Assembly (NCBI GenBank): GCA_964188305.1
Contig: OZ076885.1
DNA: 64,000 bases
Strand: one strand, 5' to 3'
DNA from: Podarcis bocagei
Lineage: Eukaryota
This document shows positions 40,241 through 55,500 of this stretch, piece after piece (positions within the stretch are counted from its first letter, which is position 1; every line of letters starts with the position of its first letter). The translations under genes and the position numbers were made by a program. Below the pieces are notes generated by a model that saw only the letters and a program-made list of their open reading frames with translations, was not told where the DNA came from and made no database searches.

Positions 40241-41229
40241 GTTATGTTTCATTTTTAATCTTTGGATATTAATATGCAAGCTTTAGTAAACGTCCTAGCA
40301 TACCAAAAATCTAAACTACTCACAATTGTGTCAAAAACAGTAAATTAAACCAAGGGTCAAGAGATAAGGATTTATGTATTGCCTAGTAAAACTTTCTTGA
40401 TTCCAGCAGCCACTTTCCTTAGACAAGGAGGTATGAAGTTGAAGTTACATTTAACCTGGGGCTTAGGACAGACAACATAACAAGAAAGTTATATGCAGGT
40501 AAGAAGGAGTGGAGTTGATAGTTCCCCTGTAAGAAAGGAGATTGGTGAGTTAAGAAAAGGTCTCCGTAAGATATATTATGGAGTAGGATATATACTAACA
40601 GTAGTCCAGAGAGGGAAGCAAATTTGATTCTGTAATGGTTGCAGGTGCCAGACCTGCTGATACAAATCTCTCTGGAGAACTCCATAACCATAATAAGCAT
40701 CCACCAAAGATCGAAAGACGATTTTGTAATGCTTATTGAAGGAACATATGTTTGCTCAGGTAGAATCTCAACAAATGTATTCCACAAGAGAACCTGCCCA
40801 CAAGATGGCTAAAGGACCAGATCCAATGTTGTTATCACTGATGTGTCCTATGGGATGTTAATGTCCCCCCATTCTATTTTATAACGTTTGTATGAATATG
40901 GTATTCAGTGCAAGTTGCTTAGAAACCTGTTAGGAGACAGCAAGTTGTATTAACTACATAACACTACTGCGCACTAATGCTGCACTACAGAGCTGTCAGT
41001 CTCCGCCTCTAGGCTTCCCATTCAAACACAATACTGTCCTTATTTTCATGTGTGGCAGGAATAGGAAACCTGCAGCCCACGGATGTTCTTAGAGACTCTA
41101 CCTCCCACCAGCCATACTGTCTGGGGCTGATGGGAGTTGGGAGTCCACCATCACTTACAGGGCCACAGGTGTCCCATCCCTGATATATGAAATGTTGTAA
41201 TCGTAATATAAATAGCCTTAACCTGTGGT

Positions 41230-41960
41230 TTCCTCATTTAGTCCACAACTGATCATCTGGAGAAATGACCTTTGCAGAGTGGGACAGGCAGTGCGTGACT
41301 TTGCTTCTGCTTCTTGATCTCTCTTTGGCTTTTGATACCGTTGACCATGGTACCCTCCTGGATTGGCTCCAAGGAATGGGAACTGGGAGCATTTCATCAC
41401 CGTGGCTGCAGTTCTACCTCTGAGACAGTGTCCAGAGAAAAGCATTGGGAGAATGTTTCAGTGTCATGATGGTTCTGCCATCTTAGCTCAAATGCTATTT
41501 AACATTTGTATGAAGCCACAGGGGGTGATCATTTGGAGTCTTGGGTCAAGCTGCCATTGTATCCTGATAACACTAGCAGCTCAACATCTGAACTGGCGGA
41601 GGCCACATAGGCCCTGGACTGGTGAGATGGATGAGGAAAAAACAAGCTGAGCTTCAACCCTGGCAAGGCAGAGGCAATGTGAATGAGTTCCTGTGTCACT
41701 GATCAATTGCCTACCCTGGATAAGGTTGCATTCCCCCTAAAGGAGCTGATTGACAGTCTTGGTGTAACTCTGCATCCTGCTCAGAGACCTGCACTGGTTG
41801 ACAATTTCCTAGCATGCCAACTTCAAGGTGTTATAGAAAGCCTTTAACAGTTTGGGACCAGTTTACTTGTGAGATCACCTTAGCCCTCGTATGCTCACTC
41901 GATCACTTCCATCTGCAGAACTTGCACTGTTACAGGGATGCATTCATACTGGCAATTTAT
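41230..41960 (+). mobile_element. Decayed L2-clade LINE RT fragment
   Basis: cttctgcttcttgatctctctttggcttttgataccgttgaccatggtaccctcctggat translates to LLLLDLSLAFDTVDHGTLLD. Confidence 0.8.
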
Positions 41961-42263
41961 CAATGAGCCTGCCCTTACTACAATAGCGTTGGCCAATGAC
42001 CAGCAGCAGTCAGATGTTAGGAGATCCAGTAGAAATTTAATGCTGCTTCTGAGGGAAGGCTTGACAAAGACAGTGAATAAAGTGAATGAGGTCCAGTTAT
42101 CGCTGGTATCTTAAGGCTGTGTGTGGACTGCAGCTCATGTGGCTGAATGTTCCACAATACACATACACACAAAAATAACCTCCCTGCACATAGCAATCTA
42201 GCAGTAAAACAGCATAGTAAACTATTAAAACTTCTGCCTGACATGCCAGTTTTCTATGTGGAA

Positions 42264-42302
42264 TTTCTTTCTTTCTTTCTTTCTCTTTCTTTCTTTCTCT
42301 CT
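42264..42302. repeat. (CTTT)n microsatellite
   Basis: Read directly from the sequence. Confidence 0.85.
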
Positions 42303-44124
42303 CCTACTTTTTAAATGTTATTATTTTTTGTATGGAAGTATATTCAGTCCCAAAAGCCTCTGCCTGTGATCTGAAATGCTACAGCCCAGATAGATACACG
42401 TGAACAACCTCAGTAAGGACTAGATCCACATCTGTCCACCTAAGCAGAAGCAGCTGGATAGTGTCATTTTCCAAAGCAGTAGACTCTGTTTCCTTACTCA
42501 ATGCAAGTTAATACGGGATGTTCCGTGTGTGTGTGGCAGAGGAAAGGGGAATGGCAGTGCTTTATTCTCCATTCAAGTGGCAAGGCAAATATTATAGAAG
42601 TAGCCCTGGTGGTGATGAACCGGGAACCAACTCTAGCATTTTGAAAAGGTCTCTGTACCTCAAATATTGAGTATTAATATAAAGACGTCGAGAGGTGGGA
42701 AGAAAGAAGCAGGTCTCAAAAACAAAGCAGTAGAATTATGGATAAAACCTTTATCTTCCTGTGTTTCTGGTCACTTGTCCGTTCTCCTTCCTACTCAAAC
42801 TAGTTATATCCAGCAATACCTGCATAGGCATACCTCATTTTCTATAAACAAAGACACAATGAGCCACATTCCAAGCATATTTTAACAGCACACTTAAGCA
42901 ATAACTATGCAACCAGAGGCATATCTACTGCAACATACCCCACCCGGCTCCAATCTGCTGACAAATCAAGACCTGAAAGACTTATAGAACAATCCTGTGC
43001 ATGTTTACTTAGAAGTAAATTGCATTGTTTTTAGCATAACTTACTCCAAGTTAAAGTGTGCATCCTAAAATACCTAAGAAGCCTGCCATTAAAACTGTGG
43101 GGGGGGGGGGAATGAGTAAAAGTAAATAGTGAAATTTCCATCGATATACACTCAGACCTTTGCAGAACTTAGCACAGGCTAGCAAGTGGATTAAGTATGT
43201 GCTAAAAGCTTTATGGACCTGAGCAATGCAAACCACTCACACTCTTGCAGGCATCAGAGCAAGAGTGTGTTCAGAATCAAGCTCCAAATTTTACCAACTG
43301 TTTACTTGCTTAATTTAAAATTTGCTACCCCACCAATCAGTCTGAAGGGCCTTTAAAGTGGCTTATGAAATAATATTGAGCACAATTTCTGTAAAACAAT
43401 AAAATATAAAACAGAAACAAGGAAGGCACAGAACAAGATAGATAAAAACTGTTGTTCTGTATTGTTTTCATTTCCCTGTTTTCAGCTGGTTATGCCATGT
43501 TGCTGTTGTTGTTATGGTGCTTTTAAGTGTCTTTGTTGTATTTGTAGTTTTTCCCTATTTTTACTGTATGTGTATATCCTTTGCTAGCAAGATTTAACTT
43601 TTTGGTAAAGTGGGAAATAAATGATTTAAATATATACACGGTAAATAAATAAAAATGCACTATAAGTCTACGAACAGCAGTGAAAATATCTGTCCAGTAT
43701 AAAAACAGCTGCTAGCTTGACTATCCCAAAATGCCTGGTGGGAAATAAAGTTTTTCACTAATTTCATAAATACTGCAATAGACCACGCTTGGCAACAATG
43801 TTTTGGGGCACGGGGACATATTTGGAAATCTAAGGAACAATCAGGGGCCAAAATATCCATGCCACAGAAGAAAAACAGGTGGTGCTCAGAGCCCATCCAC
43901 CCGCAAACAAGCAAGCCACCTGCACGCTACCCCAAAACAAATAAACAGCAACAAAAACCAGGCAATATCCACGCCAACATACAAAAAGAAGCAGACAACA
44001 CACCAAATAGAAAAGCAAGCAAAGGATTCACACCTAAGACCCTCATTCTGGGGAAAGAGGGTGGGTTGTATGGATACCTGCCATTTCCTTTCTAGCCAGC
44101 TCCCTGTAACATTACTTCTTGCGG

Positions 44125-44420
44125 TGAGGGAACCTAGAAGGCCCTAGGAGCTGGATCTTGGTGTCCGGGTGAATGTCGGGGTGGAGATGTTCCTTCAGGT
44201 ATACATGACTGAGGCCGTTTAGGGCTTTTTAGGTAGCACCAACACTTTGAATTGTGCTTGGAAACGTATTGGGAGCCAATGTAGATCCTTTAGGACTGGT
44301 GTTATATGGTCCCAGTGGCCGCTCCCAGTCACCAGTCCAGCTGCTTGCATTCTGATTTTGTGGTGTTTCCACATGACCTTCAAAGGCAGACCCACATAGA
44401 GCGCATTGCAGTAGTTTAAT
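44125..44420 (-). mobile_element. L2-clade LINE C-terminal fragment
   Basis: Reverse complement encodes YCNALYVGLPLKV...DHITPVLKDLHWLPIRFQAQFKVLVL-like sequence. Confidence 0.8.
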
Positions 44421-44557
44421 AGTCCATCTAGCTCAGTACTGTCTGAAGGATTTTAAACTGGGAGTCTTTGCAGCACTACCTGGAGATGTCTGGGGTTGAA
44501 CCTGGGACCTTCCTGCATACAAGGCAGATACTCTACCAATGAGCTATGGCCGTTTCC
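44421..44557 (-). mobile_element. tRNA-derived SINE (tRNA-Ala-like head, internally deleted)
   Basis: Reverse complement ggccatagctcattggtagag...gtcccaggttcaacccc...tactgagctagatggac. Confidence 0.75.
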
Positions 44558-47500
44558 TGCACTTTTATCTTCTAACCAAGGAAGAACACTTAATCATCCA
44601 ATCAGATCAGGAGCTAAGGCTGCAGGCAAGGTCTGGCAGCCTACATCCCATAGCATGGTGGGCTGGATGTGACTCACTGGCTGCAAGTTAACAATCCTGA
44701 GCCAAAAAATATTGAGAAGATATTTACTTCAACTTTTCAAAAGCAACACCTCTTTTGACACCTGTTTTCAATATATGGACTGGATACATTGTTTTGATTT
44801 TACTTGGATTAGCCAGTGCTGCAGGAGAGGCACAAAACATGTGCATCTCCTATTGCAGCTGTTTCTCTCGTTGTTTGCTGGCAACTAGAGGCATCCAGTA
44901 TGCTCCCAGCATCCTTATCCTGAGGACAGTCTCAATTTACTGCAACCCCCGATTAAATGCTACTGCCTACCCCTACCACTTTGAAATAAGTAATATTTAA
45001 ACTTTGGTTTCTTTTTGGTCGTGCATAGGTACCTATGCTACTTTGCAACAACATATATTTGCATGTTAATTTCTCTCCATAACCTAATTAGCTCCATGCA
45101 TGTCTACCAGGCAACCACTGCCTTTGCCTCCACCACATTTGGTATCAGCTCCCTTCTATTACTATCTGCTTTATATTTCACCCCAAAGTTGCTAGACCAG
45201 TTTGAACTTTGCTTGTTAGTTTTTTTCTGTGATAACTTACACATTGCTATTCTTCAATAAATTGTACACTTATTTTAAGCACTGGTTTCTTGTCTGGTTC
45301 CTTGCCCCACGGTGTGCAGTGACTCTGAGCTAAAGATCTAAATGTGTTCCTGTCTCCAACAATATGTAGATGAGGACATATAGGGTTGAGTGCATGAGTG
45401 AAAGCAGTTCAAAAAAAGAGGAACTATTTTGAGCGATACCTACAGAAACAATGAGTGTTGTTGGCATTTCAGCAAATATAGCCACAGACTGAGGATTGGC
45501 GTGTTTGATAAAAATTATCACTACCCTGTAGCTTCTCTCCCCCTTTCCTCTCTTTTTAAACAAGTCCATCTCTTATTTTTCCTAATTTCTCATTTGTTCT
45601 GGCTTCAGATGCCTGCTCCCTTGTTCTACTCACAATTTTTTTAAAAAAAGGAAAATAGCATTAATTGGATGTGTCAAAGACAGCAAAGTGCTATTTCCTG
45701 GAGCACTCTTTAAAACTGCAATCCTATACACACTTACCTGGGTATAAGCCAAATTGAACCAAGGGAGACGAAGTTTTAAATATGTATAGGATTTCACTGC
45801 ATTTTTTTAAAGCAGCGGCTTGGAATTCAGTGAAAAAGCACAGAGCTGTCTAGAGATATATGCATATTCTGTTCACTGGGAAGATATACCATAAATCATA
45901 ACCAGCACTAATGAGTAATGAAGAATGCAAGTTACGTTTTGCTATTCCCCACACTTTTTTTTGTTTTTGTTGGTTCATAAACTATTAACTATTAACACCT
46001 TTTGCTTTGAACACATAACGTCCTTAACATTCTCTATATAACCCCCTTGCTATATTCCTACCTCTCTCAAAAAAAAAAAAAAAAAAAGACAAGAAGGGAA
46101 GGAAAAGGCGAGTCATAGTCAACCCAAATTTATACCAGTCATTTGGAATAGGCATATTACATTGAGCAGAAATTGTGTAGCTCCATATAAAATGACTGAT
46201 CCAATCCACAGAGCCCAATTCTACACAAGCGCCGCAGGTTTGTACCATAATTAAGAAGTACACTAGTGACTTCATGCTTACGGCTGCAACTATGGCAACT
46301 TTTCTCTTTGATGTTAAAAATGTGCAGCATTGTCCCTCCGCACCTTCTTCTTCCTAATTCTTTTACAAAGAGAGAAGGAAGAGAAATAGAAGCATTCGTT
46401 TGTCTCTCCCTTCATTCTTTTTTCTCATAGTCTTCCATACAATAATATTAAAACAGCACACTCTTTGTCGTGTACTGCAAAATGTACAAAATCATTCTGG
46501 CTCATTCTGAAACTAGAACGGAGAAAAGAAGGGAAACACACTCAGTAGCTCAATGCAACTATCAAAATTATAGATTTGAGTGGGATCAAAGTTTTACCAA
46601 AGTCTGTATACTGAAAAAAACTTAGTAAGAGAATTTAAACTATTTAACAAACTACATTTTAAAGTAGCAAGCCTAAGCTTAAAATCGAAATATTTATCCT
46701 TAGTACTACACACTAATGCAAATAAGAAGGAAAAAAATGTGTTCATGTAAATTAGCCTGTTTGCATGCATGAATACCTTTTTCGACTACAGGCTGTTGCA
46801 GCTTGTGGCCTGTTGTAGGAATCACTTTTATCATTGGCAATAAACACTGTATGCACTTTTGGCACAAAAGGAAATGGCGAAAGGAAAACCCTAGACCTCC
46901 ATGCAATTACCTGGATCTGTTCATACAACTCTTTCCACAGAGCACAAAAAGACACATCTTTTGAAACAAACAAACAAAGATCAGTTCATTTATTCTATGG
47001 CCCATTTGCTTTTTGTAGGATAGAACTTTATGGACTCAGTGTTATCCCAAATGCATGCATGAAATCTGAGTTGCTGTCTCACAACTATACTGAATAACAA
47101 AGCAAGAATCCAAAGAGGTCCTTAGGTACATGCAAGTGGTGGTCAAGTAATTCCTGTCTTCAGCTGCTAACCTGCCACTTCTTGCGCTGCTTTGAAGACC
47201 ACTCCCAAAGTCCCCTGAGTAGCTTTCAGAACAGTAGGCTGTGCTGCCTTTAGAAGGGGGGAGGGGGGGACATCAGAAGCATCAGTCCAAATGGGGCCTA
47301 TTGGATCCCAACAGACCTCAATAAAGTGGAAGGAAAATTAGAAGCCTTATGGTTCCAACAATTTCAGTGTTCCAAAGGGACAAAAAAAACCCCCAAACTT
47401 TAATGTGAAGAATTAAGACTAAATACAAGTCTCGACTGAATTGTAATAGAATAATATAATCACAACTGAATTGTAACAGAATAGCTTGCTTAAGAAAGCT

Positions 47501-48493
47501 AAGTAACAAAGAACTGTGATAAACAGTTTATTTATTGTCTGACGCAGTATAAGTTTTCACAAAAAAACCCTTAAGGAATATCTAAGGCAATCTGCATTAT
47601 TTTAATAGCATCCAACATTCCAGAAATAAGCACCCAACATTCCAGGAATAAGTTTAAAGCTTCAAATGCTGTTTATCTACTGTACCCCATAAGACCAGTC
47701 TTGCTTTCTGAAATAGCTCATAAAATGAGACTGAATCTATGTAACCTTTTACAACTATTTGGTACTATAAAAACAAAATCCCCTCTGTACATTAACACCT
47801 TCCATCCAGAAGGCCCCCAGAGTATTTTGTGTACCACATAGCCTGAGGCATCACACTAACTGAGGCTAAAGGTGGATTCAAATGACTTTAACTATTTTAC
47901 TCTCATCACAAGTTCATTTTTACAATCACCCTCCATGTGCTTCATGGTGAAAGAGGTCACATGAAAGATCTGACACACATCAAGATCAACGCAAGCTCAG
48001 CATGCCTCAAAAAGGCCACTTGTCAAATGTGTGTTATTTTGCAACATGAACATATAGTTCTGATCCTTTGCATGACCTAGTTCCAAACAGCTCTGCATAA
48101 GAAGTCACTGGGAAAACACTTTGGGGGGGGGGGGAGGTTGTGTGAACCCAACTTTGCCTTATTGGTAACACAGAATATAGTATAAGCTGACAACACTGCT
48201 CAGTGCAAGACATTTGAATCATGAAAAGAGCAGAATAATACCCTGCTGCACTTCAAGAGTGTTTTCATTTCTATTGTATTTCTTACACACAGCAGAATTT
48301 AAAAAGCGGGATGACAAGGTCCATCACGTAATCCACTGATGCGCCACTAAAATATATTTAGGAGAGGAAGTTAGGATTATGTGAGCCAGTTGAAACTGCC
48401 AAGGAATGTGGATGAGTAGATACATCCTACCCTGCCTATGCTAAGATTTGGCCATGACTCTGAAGCTTAAAACACCAACTCCTGCAAATAAGA

Positions 48494-48543
48494 ATTATTA
48501 TTATATTATATTATAATTATATTATAATTATATTATTATTATA
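48494..48543. repeat. AT-rich low-complexity (TTA/TA) repeat
   Basis: Read directly from the sequence. Confidence 0.8.
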
Positions 48544-51500
48544 AATTTCTTAGATTGCTTACTTTTAACAGTTCACCCAAAATGCTGTTTTCTATTCAAG
48601 CACCAGTTTCTTAATTCAATTATAATCTTAAAGTTTTAAAAACAATCTCTAAGACCAAGCATGGTGATAATAATAAAAAATTCTAAAAGAAACAAGAATA
48701 ATACCCAATATACTGGTTTTTTTCACTTCTGAAATCATTTGAGTATTAGCATAAGAAACCAAAATGATTTAACTCCCCCTACAAATATAACCCGAGGAAA
48801 GCAGAGTTGTGAAAAGGTGTGCCCAGAGCACAGTGCATTCTTCTGAGGAATTTGTTCATCTTTACATTGTGTAAGGATGAGTCATAACTAGGAAATGTGC
48901 ATTGTATATTTAAAAGAAAAACTCTCCTTATCATACAGTAGATTTACCCTAAAATGCAACATGTAACCTTTTGTGCTCTCTTCAATTAGGCTATGAAAGA
49001 GTCCTATTCTGACCTCAAAATTAAAGAATTTTTTCCAATCACAAAATACAAATGTGAGACAGGGTTGGGAGGGGGAAGTCTTAGGAAATATAAAGTGAAT
49101 GTGAATATAAACAAGCCATCATTCTGGTAAGAGGAAATACAAACAACCGGAATAAAAATAGTTGATGCACAAAAGCCATAATGAGGGGGTTGCTCAAAAA
49201 AAATAAAATAGCTCTGGCTTTGAATGGCTTGGATGAAATACAAATTATCCACAAAAAAGTGTGGACTGGCATAAATGTTTGTGCAAAATTGCAAGTGTAT
49301 TTCTAGAAGTATGCAAGAGGCAACCGGCTGCATTCTGTACAAGATCCCAACAATGCTCTGCTTAAGTGATAGCGCAGAGTCCAAACCACTGCATTTTAAT
49401 TACTATGCAGCCTCAGATATATTGCCTTTGATATGGAAATGTTCTTGTTCTCTCATCTTCACATACGGTCTCATGCACAGAAATCTTTATCTGATTCATA
49501 AAAAATAAACTAGAATCCAATCTCAACACCTGACCTCAGTGCTTAGAAGTTTTTTTACTAAGCATAGTGTCACTATAAAAAGAATGGCTAATATTGGTGT
49601 AAAGTTAGATATTTTGAGCAATGATATGAAGGCCCTGCAGTTAAGAATCAAGTCAATACTGCATTTCAGAGATGTACAGGTTTGGGAAGGTCTTCTTTCG
49701 ATGTACTGGAGAAACAATGGGTTAGATACATCTGTTCTGTAGAAGTTGCAAACAGCAGGCATTCCAATATTATCCCATCTTCCAAAGTACAAAAAAATGC
49801 CTTAGTTGGAATAACATACACTCACACTATATAAACATGTCCGTATTTTTTCCAGGTAGCTTTGCTTGCAAATTATCTGTGTATTATTTTAAACTTGTGG
49901 TGTTTTGTACAGTAAATTACCAAAAATCAATCACCAAAGCTCTTCTACTATTTCCTCATGGCACACACACAGTAGATGAAATTCTTGTGGCACAATCAAA
50001 ATACAGCTGCATTTAATTTTATTTTGTATAGGGGTATTCACATAACAAAAAAAGCTGCATGTCAACAGGTACAATCTGTATACAACAGAAGAAAACTATT
50101 AGTTATTATGATTGTTGGAATGCCATACAGTAAAAACTGTTGTACGAACAAGGCAGTTTTGAAAAAAATATAAACACAGCATACAAAGACAATAATTCCG
50201 GTATTGCTGCTTGTTAATGCTTTTAACAAATTCTACCAAATATTTAATAATAATAAAAATATGCAAATATGTCTACTCCTGTTTCTAACATTCTTTTTAC
50301 ACTGAACAATGATACAGGTTTACATCACTGTGGAAGATCTGACATACCTGTAAATCAACTAGTTGTAGGTAATCTGTGCTTTGCATGATACTCCTAATCA
50401 CAGTAACCTGATAGCGTGTTTCACTTGTATTCAGAAACATAAAAAAGCATTCATTTATATTACAAATAACCAAACAACCACATTTTCTAATTGACTTTTT
50501 TCTTATTAAATAAGTACTTCTAAACAGTTTTAAACTGTGAAGAGGTTATTCTTTATTTAAAAATGCATGCATGGCTAAAACTGATAGAAGAATTGTCAAG
50601 TATGCAAGGGGGAGGGAAGAAATCACTATGTACCAATTCTTGTTTCTTTAACAGAAATCCATTTTTCAAGTCCCTGTTATACTAATTGAAAGAGAATTAT
50701 TTAAAACTTCACTGAATACTTGAATATCTGATGGGTATGTGTAGCAGTTTCATCAGTGTCAAATAAGTCATGACTTTCTAAGATAGCTACAAACCAGAAA
50801 TTGGCACGATTATCTATTATGGCAATGTCCAAAACAGGCTAATTCTAGACCAAGCAAAATTATAATGAAAGGGATAATTTATCATAATTGCAATATCATC
50901 ACGGTTTTAAAATCAGTGGATTTCTGGTCTGGCAAATATACATAATGAACTCACCTCCTCTATATAACTTGGCACCTCAATCCTAAGTATGCATACGCAT
51001 TCAAGTCCCATTGAATCCAGTTTATTTCCTAATAACACTACAATTTAAGTGGCGCTTACTTCTTAGTAAGCATGCATAGGAGTGAACTGCACAGGTGACG
51101 GAAATAACACCCCGATTCTCAATGTAGTACTGATGGATACCACATAACTTCTACACATTTTCAGAACAGGGCATGCTAAATACTAGACAAACTGTAACAT
51201 CACCTAAAAGATGTGTCCAAAAGCAGGCACAAGAAATTGGGGGCGGGGATGAATTATTCATTTGCCTCAGTTTATAGAGGTATAGAGAATATTTCTATGT
51301 AACAACAACAACAACAACAACAAAATTTAAATACCTATTTAGGAGCTGGCCAAGAGCTTCATACTTACTATATAGTTGCAACCTATTATAGCTGGGGAAA
51401 AGGCGAGAAAAAGAAAAATAGACAATATGCTGAAGAGGTTTGTTTCTGGGCATTCCACTCTTGAAATAAACTACAGGTGAATTAGTACTGTAATTCACAT

Positions 51501-52839
51501 CTCATCAATCTAGTGCTACTCTAAAAACTTAAGTCTCTGTTTTCATGGTGGGAAGCACCACTAATTGGAATCTACCTTACAATGACAATCTAATACTGTT
51601 ATTAGCTAGCATTAAAAACAGCTCTGTACAGAATTGACTGTGAATTGGCTTACATACAGGCATACATACATACAGACACACATTGAATTTTCTATCTGCA
51701 GTCACACTATGAATTGGGGATGGGTTTAAACATTGAATTATTTTTCAGATATTTCACATAAAAAGCTAGCTACCTTGATATACTTTATAAAGAGGTATTT
51801 CCTAGGGTGATTAAAGTGCTTGGCAAATATAATAAGGTTTTCACTGAAGAAACTTTTTTATGTCCACCAGAAGCAAAACAGTTATTTCTACTCATGTACG
51901 AAGGCCTGATCTCCATCACTTTTCCAGCTTTTCCTACACATTCATTGATTCTCCAACCCCCACAGAAAGAGGTTACCCTGAACTTAACACCGTTATTTTC
52001 CTCTTTAAAACATATTTGGTTAAAATGTCAGAAATGGACTAACTATAGGAGATAGACATGCCCAAGCCACAAAAACTGACCTTTGTTTTGGGTTAATACC
52101 TTAGTATGAAGCACTGCAACATATTCACATCATACAATTATCTTCAATTATTTTTTAAAGCTTGCCCTTATTTGAAGGCTATATAGTTTTGAACATTGGA
52201 TTGTGTACCTATGTACTCAACGCCCACAAACACTGAACTGTTATAGATTGAAACATATACATACACTATTAAGACACATCTTAACCTACTCGGTAATAAA
52301 AATGAATTCAGTATGGTTTGCTTCTGATAAGGCCAATCTATAAAGCATAGCTGTAGCAGAATCGTTATTCTCATTCCCTGAACCTAGTCAATCAAACTTC
52401 ATAGCTGGCCACATAGCACCCTATGGAAATATTCATTCCATTCACGTAAACTGTTACACTCTTAGGTGACCAAAATATACACCCACATCATATTATCAAA
52501 TAACATTCTATCAAATGTCCAACTTCCAGTATGTGTTTAGGAAAGAGGAAAATTTTAAGGCATTTCCACACTGCTCCTCTCAGAAGATATCACGCAACAG
52601 TGTACAAACATAAATAATTAAAATTGCAATCAAATAGCCATATAGTACTACACAAAGAGACAATATACTCCTGGAATATACTGCATAGCTAACACATTCC
52701 TGAGGTGTGCGTGTGTATGTGGAGTTTGGAGTGGAGGTGTGTGTGAGATAAGAGAGATGGATAAGCACACATACAAGCCTATTTGCGGTGCTATAATGCC
52801 AACGTCTGCACTGTTCAGCGCGGGGGACATGTTTACATG

Positions 52840-53680
52840 GGACACCAGTGGCGGGAGGCAGCAGTCACACAACTCATTTGTCCCAGAGCAGTCGCATTAA
52901 GATCAGTGGGGCTAATCCAGTGTAAACGAGTTGCGGCACTCCTGGCGCAAGCCAAGGGGGAAGGAGCGAGGCCCAGGCAAACTCTGCAGCCAAGCCTGCC
53001 TGGAGAAGCAGCACTGAAAGGAAGATAAAGCGTGGCCGGCGGCTGCGGCGGCTCCCCCGCCCCCCAGCCCAGTCCCGCCGCTGTGGCGAGGGGTGTTGCA
53101 AGGCAGAGGCGCTGCGGCGCGTGTTCTTCGCTGCTGGCCCGCGGCTGCCACTCGCCCCCAACGAGCCGGAGCCGCCGCGCCATCTGTGGGGAAACTTTGG
53201 AGACAAACCACCAAACCCCCTGCGGACGCCTCACCTCCCACTTTCCCTGCGGACCCTGCCGCCGACGGCGCACTTGGCCGCCTCTGTATCCCTCCTCAGC
53301 GGTCGCTTCCAACAGAGCAGAGCTGGGTGGGGGGGTGGGTTAAGTTTGAAGAAGTTCGGCCGGCGAAGCACCCTTCCCCTCCCCCCCGCCGCCGCGTGCG
53401 CGAGGATCGCCAGCTAACCCTAAAGGCAGCCAGCGCCTTCCTTCCTCGGGAATTAGAAGGTCGTTGATTGAGAGGAAGGGCCTGAGAATGCAAATGACCT
53501 TCTTCCTTCTCCCTCCCCGACAGCCTATTCCCGCCGCTCTCCGCCGAAGAGCGTTGAACTGCCCCTCTGCCGAGCAGGAGGAGGCGGCGGCGGCTGCAGG
53601 AGCAGCAACCACGGCTTGCCTGAAGCTCTGCTCCTTGTGACTGACTGCACAGGGGGCGGGAGAGCTGCTGCCTGCAAGCA
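52840..53680. promoter_or_regulatory. Second CpG island / candidate alternative promoter
   Basis: Very GC/CpG-rich, GC boxes (cccccgcc, cccgcc), minus-strand donor GGGAG|GTGAGG at 53235. Confidence 0.75.
53235..53400 (-). other. Candidate alternative first exon
   Basis: Donor GAG|GTGAGG inside the CpG island; 5' boundary is a guess. Confidence 0.4.
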
Positions 53681-55149
53681 AAGTTTCTTCTTATAGTCCT
53701 CAGGAGGGGCTAAAGACTTTTCCTGCCAGTTTTCCCAAGGACCTGTGTTCAGTTGCAAGCACAGGTGTAATTGTCCTATATCCTTTGGCCATTTTTTTAA
53801 AAAAGAAAGAAATATATGCTAGGAACTTCCCCCCCCCCCCGTATCCACACTGGCTGATTTTAGTTCCCTCCTCCCAAATAACTTTTTTCTTTAAAAAGGA
53901 AAAAACAAAACTCCTCTCGCCAAACTTATTGTATTTGATGTATGGCTTCCCCAATACAATTGTTATGAATTGCTCTCCTTATATTCTTTGGCCTTTCATG
54001 GCCAGCTGAGGGGAGAGATTGCAGAGTTATTGTTTGCTTTCTCTCTCAGCCCCCCTCCCGTTCTCTCATTGCCTATTCTAAATTTGATGCCGAAGTTGAA
54101 GTAGTTGAATTGGCTAATTCTGAATACAGGCTATTGAGAGAGGCCAGACACAGCAAGTATATCCCTGTATAGCAATGGATACAATGTGCTGAATTGGCAG
54201 TCTAATTATAAATGTGGCATTTGGACCTCCTTTCAGAGAGCCAGTGCCACCTTACCTTATGAGGGAACTTCAACTACAGCAACTGTTCAAAACAAAATGC
54301 CATTACAGGATCAGCTTCACCCAACACTGGGACTAGCCAGGGGATTGTTTTACAAACAGCCTTTCTCACTTAACACAAGAATGTATTATAAGAAACGCAG
54401 TTATGGAGAAGGAGGCAGAGTTTAAAGAAAACGCTTAAGCAGTTCTCTGCCAGGTGTCAAGCTACTTCAAGCTGCAAACGTAATCCAAGTAACCTAATTA
54501 TTTTCATTCAAATATGTACCTCCCTAAAAATACATTGGAGGAGAGGATCAGATTTATTTTTAATTTTTTAAAAAAGATTAACTTCGAGATACGGTTACTA
54601 ATTATAAAAGGGAGATATCATACATACAGAAATCGGATGCCAAAAAGCGAGGGAGAAGAGTCTTAAGATACATCATCTTGCACAGGGCTTCCAAACGTTT
54701 TAGACAGAGGTTCGCGTTGCAGGGCAAATTTTGTGTCCATCTTAAAAACTATTTGCTTTGTGGCAGAGCGGTTTGATGCAATGAGCCCACACAAGGGAGT
54801 CAGTATAACAAGTGCAATCTAGCTGCAATCTCAAAGCAGTTTCTACAACACTACCACCTGCCCACCCAACCACAGTCAAACCCACCCAGCTACAGGGTTT
54901 TTCAAAATGTAAAAAGTCACTTTAGACCGAGATGCCCACCAGTTTCAATCACACCGTCCTTTTAAAAATGAAAATATGTTTTAAATGTACGTTCCTCTCC
55001 CCTTTCAAATTAAAATTAGGTTCAAAGCTGCTCACCCTACTACGATGGGCTATTAAAAAAAAGAAACCCACATGCAACCTGTCTCCTTTATCTGCATAAC
55101 AACAGGCGCAGATACGCTTGTTTATCTCGTTAAGTTTCCCTGTCTGTGT

Positions 55150-55500
55150 TTTTGGGGGAACACCCAGGAGGACGTAGCTAATCTCCTGACCGCAGGCTCC
55201 CAAGCCCCGGCGAGATCACCCTGACACACAGACACAACAACGCTCAGTTGCCTTTTCACATTTGCCACCTCTTCCTTCTCGCCGTCCCTAAAAAAAACAC
55301 ACCCGGGAAACGAGTCCTCCGCAAAGGAGAGGTGGCGGCAATCAAATCAATATGATCTGCGCCTCTGATTGACCCCAAGGCCCTGCTCTGCTCCTCAGAC
55401 GCGCGCGCACACAAGGAACCCCGGCTGCAAAGCGGCTCCAAGGCGCTCCCAAAGGTGGCGGGGGTGGCGGGGGAGAGCTGGAAGACTTCAGATCTCACAG
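55150..55500. promoter_or_regulatory. Small CpG-rich patch between the two islands
   Basis: Local CpG enrichment (gcgcgcgc, ggcggggg repeats). Confidence 0.4.

Noticed and set aside
14585-47652. Short tandem duplications (16 bp at ~14585, ~20 bp at ~47435 and ~47610)
   Set aside because: Ordinary slippage or repair duplications with no further pattern.
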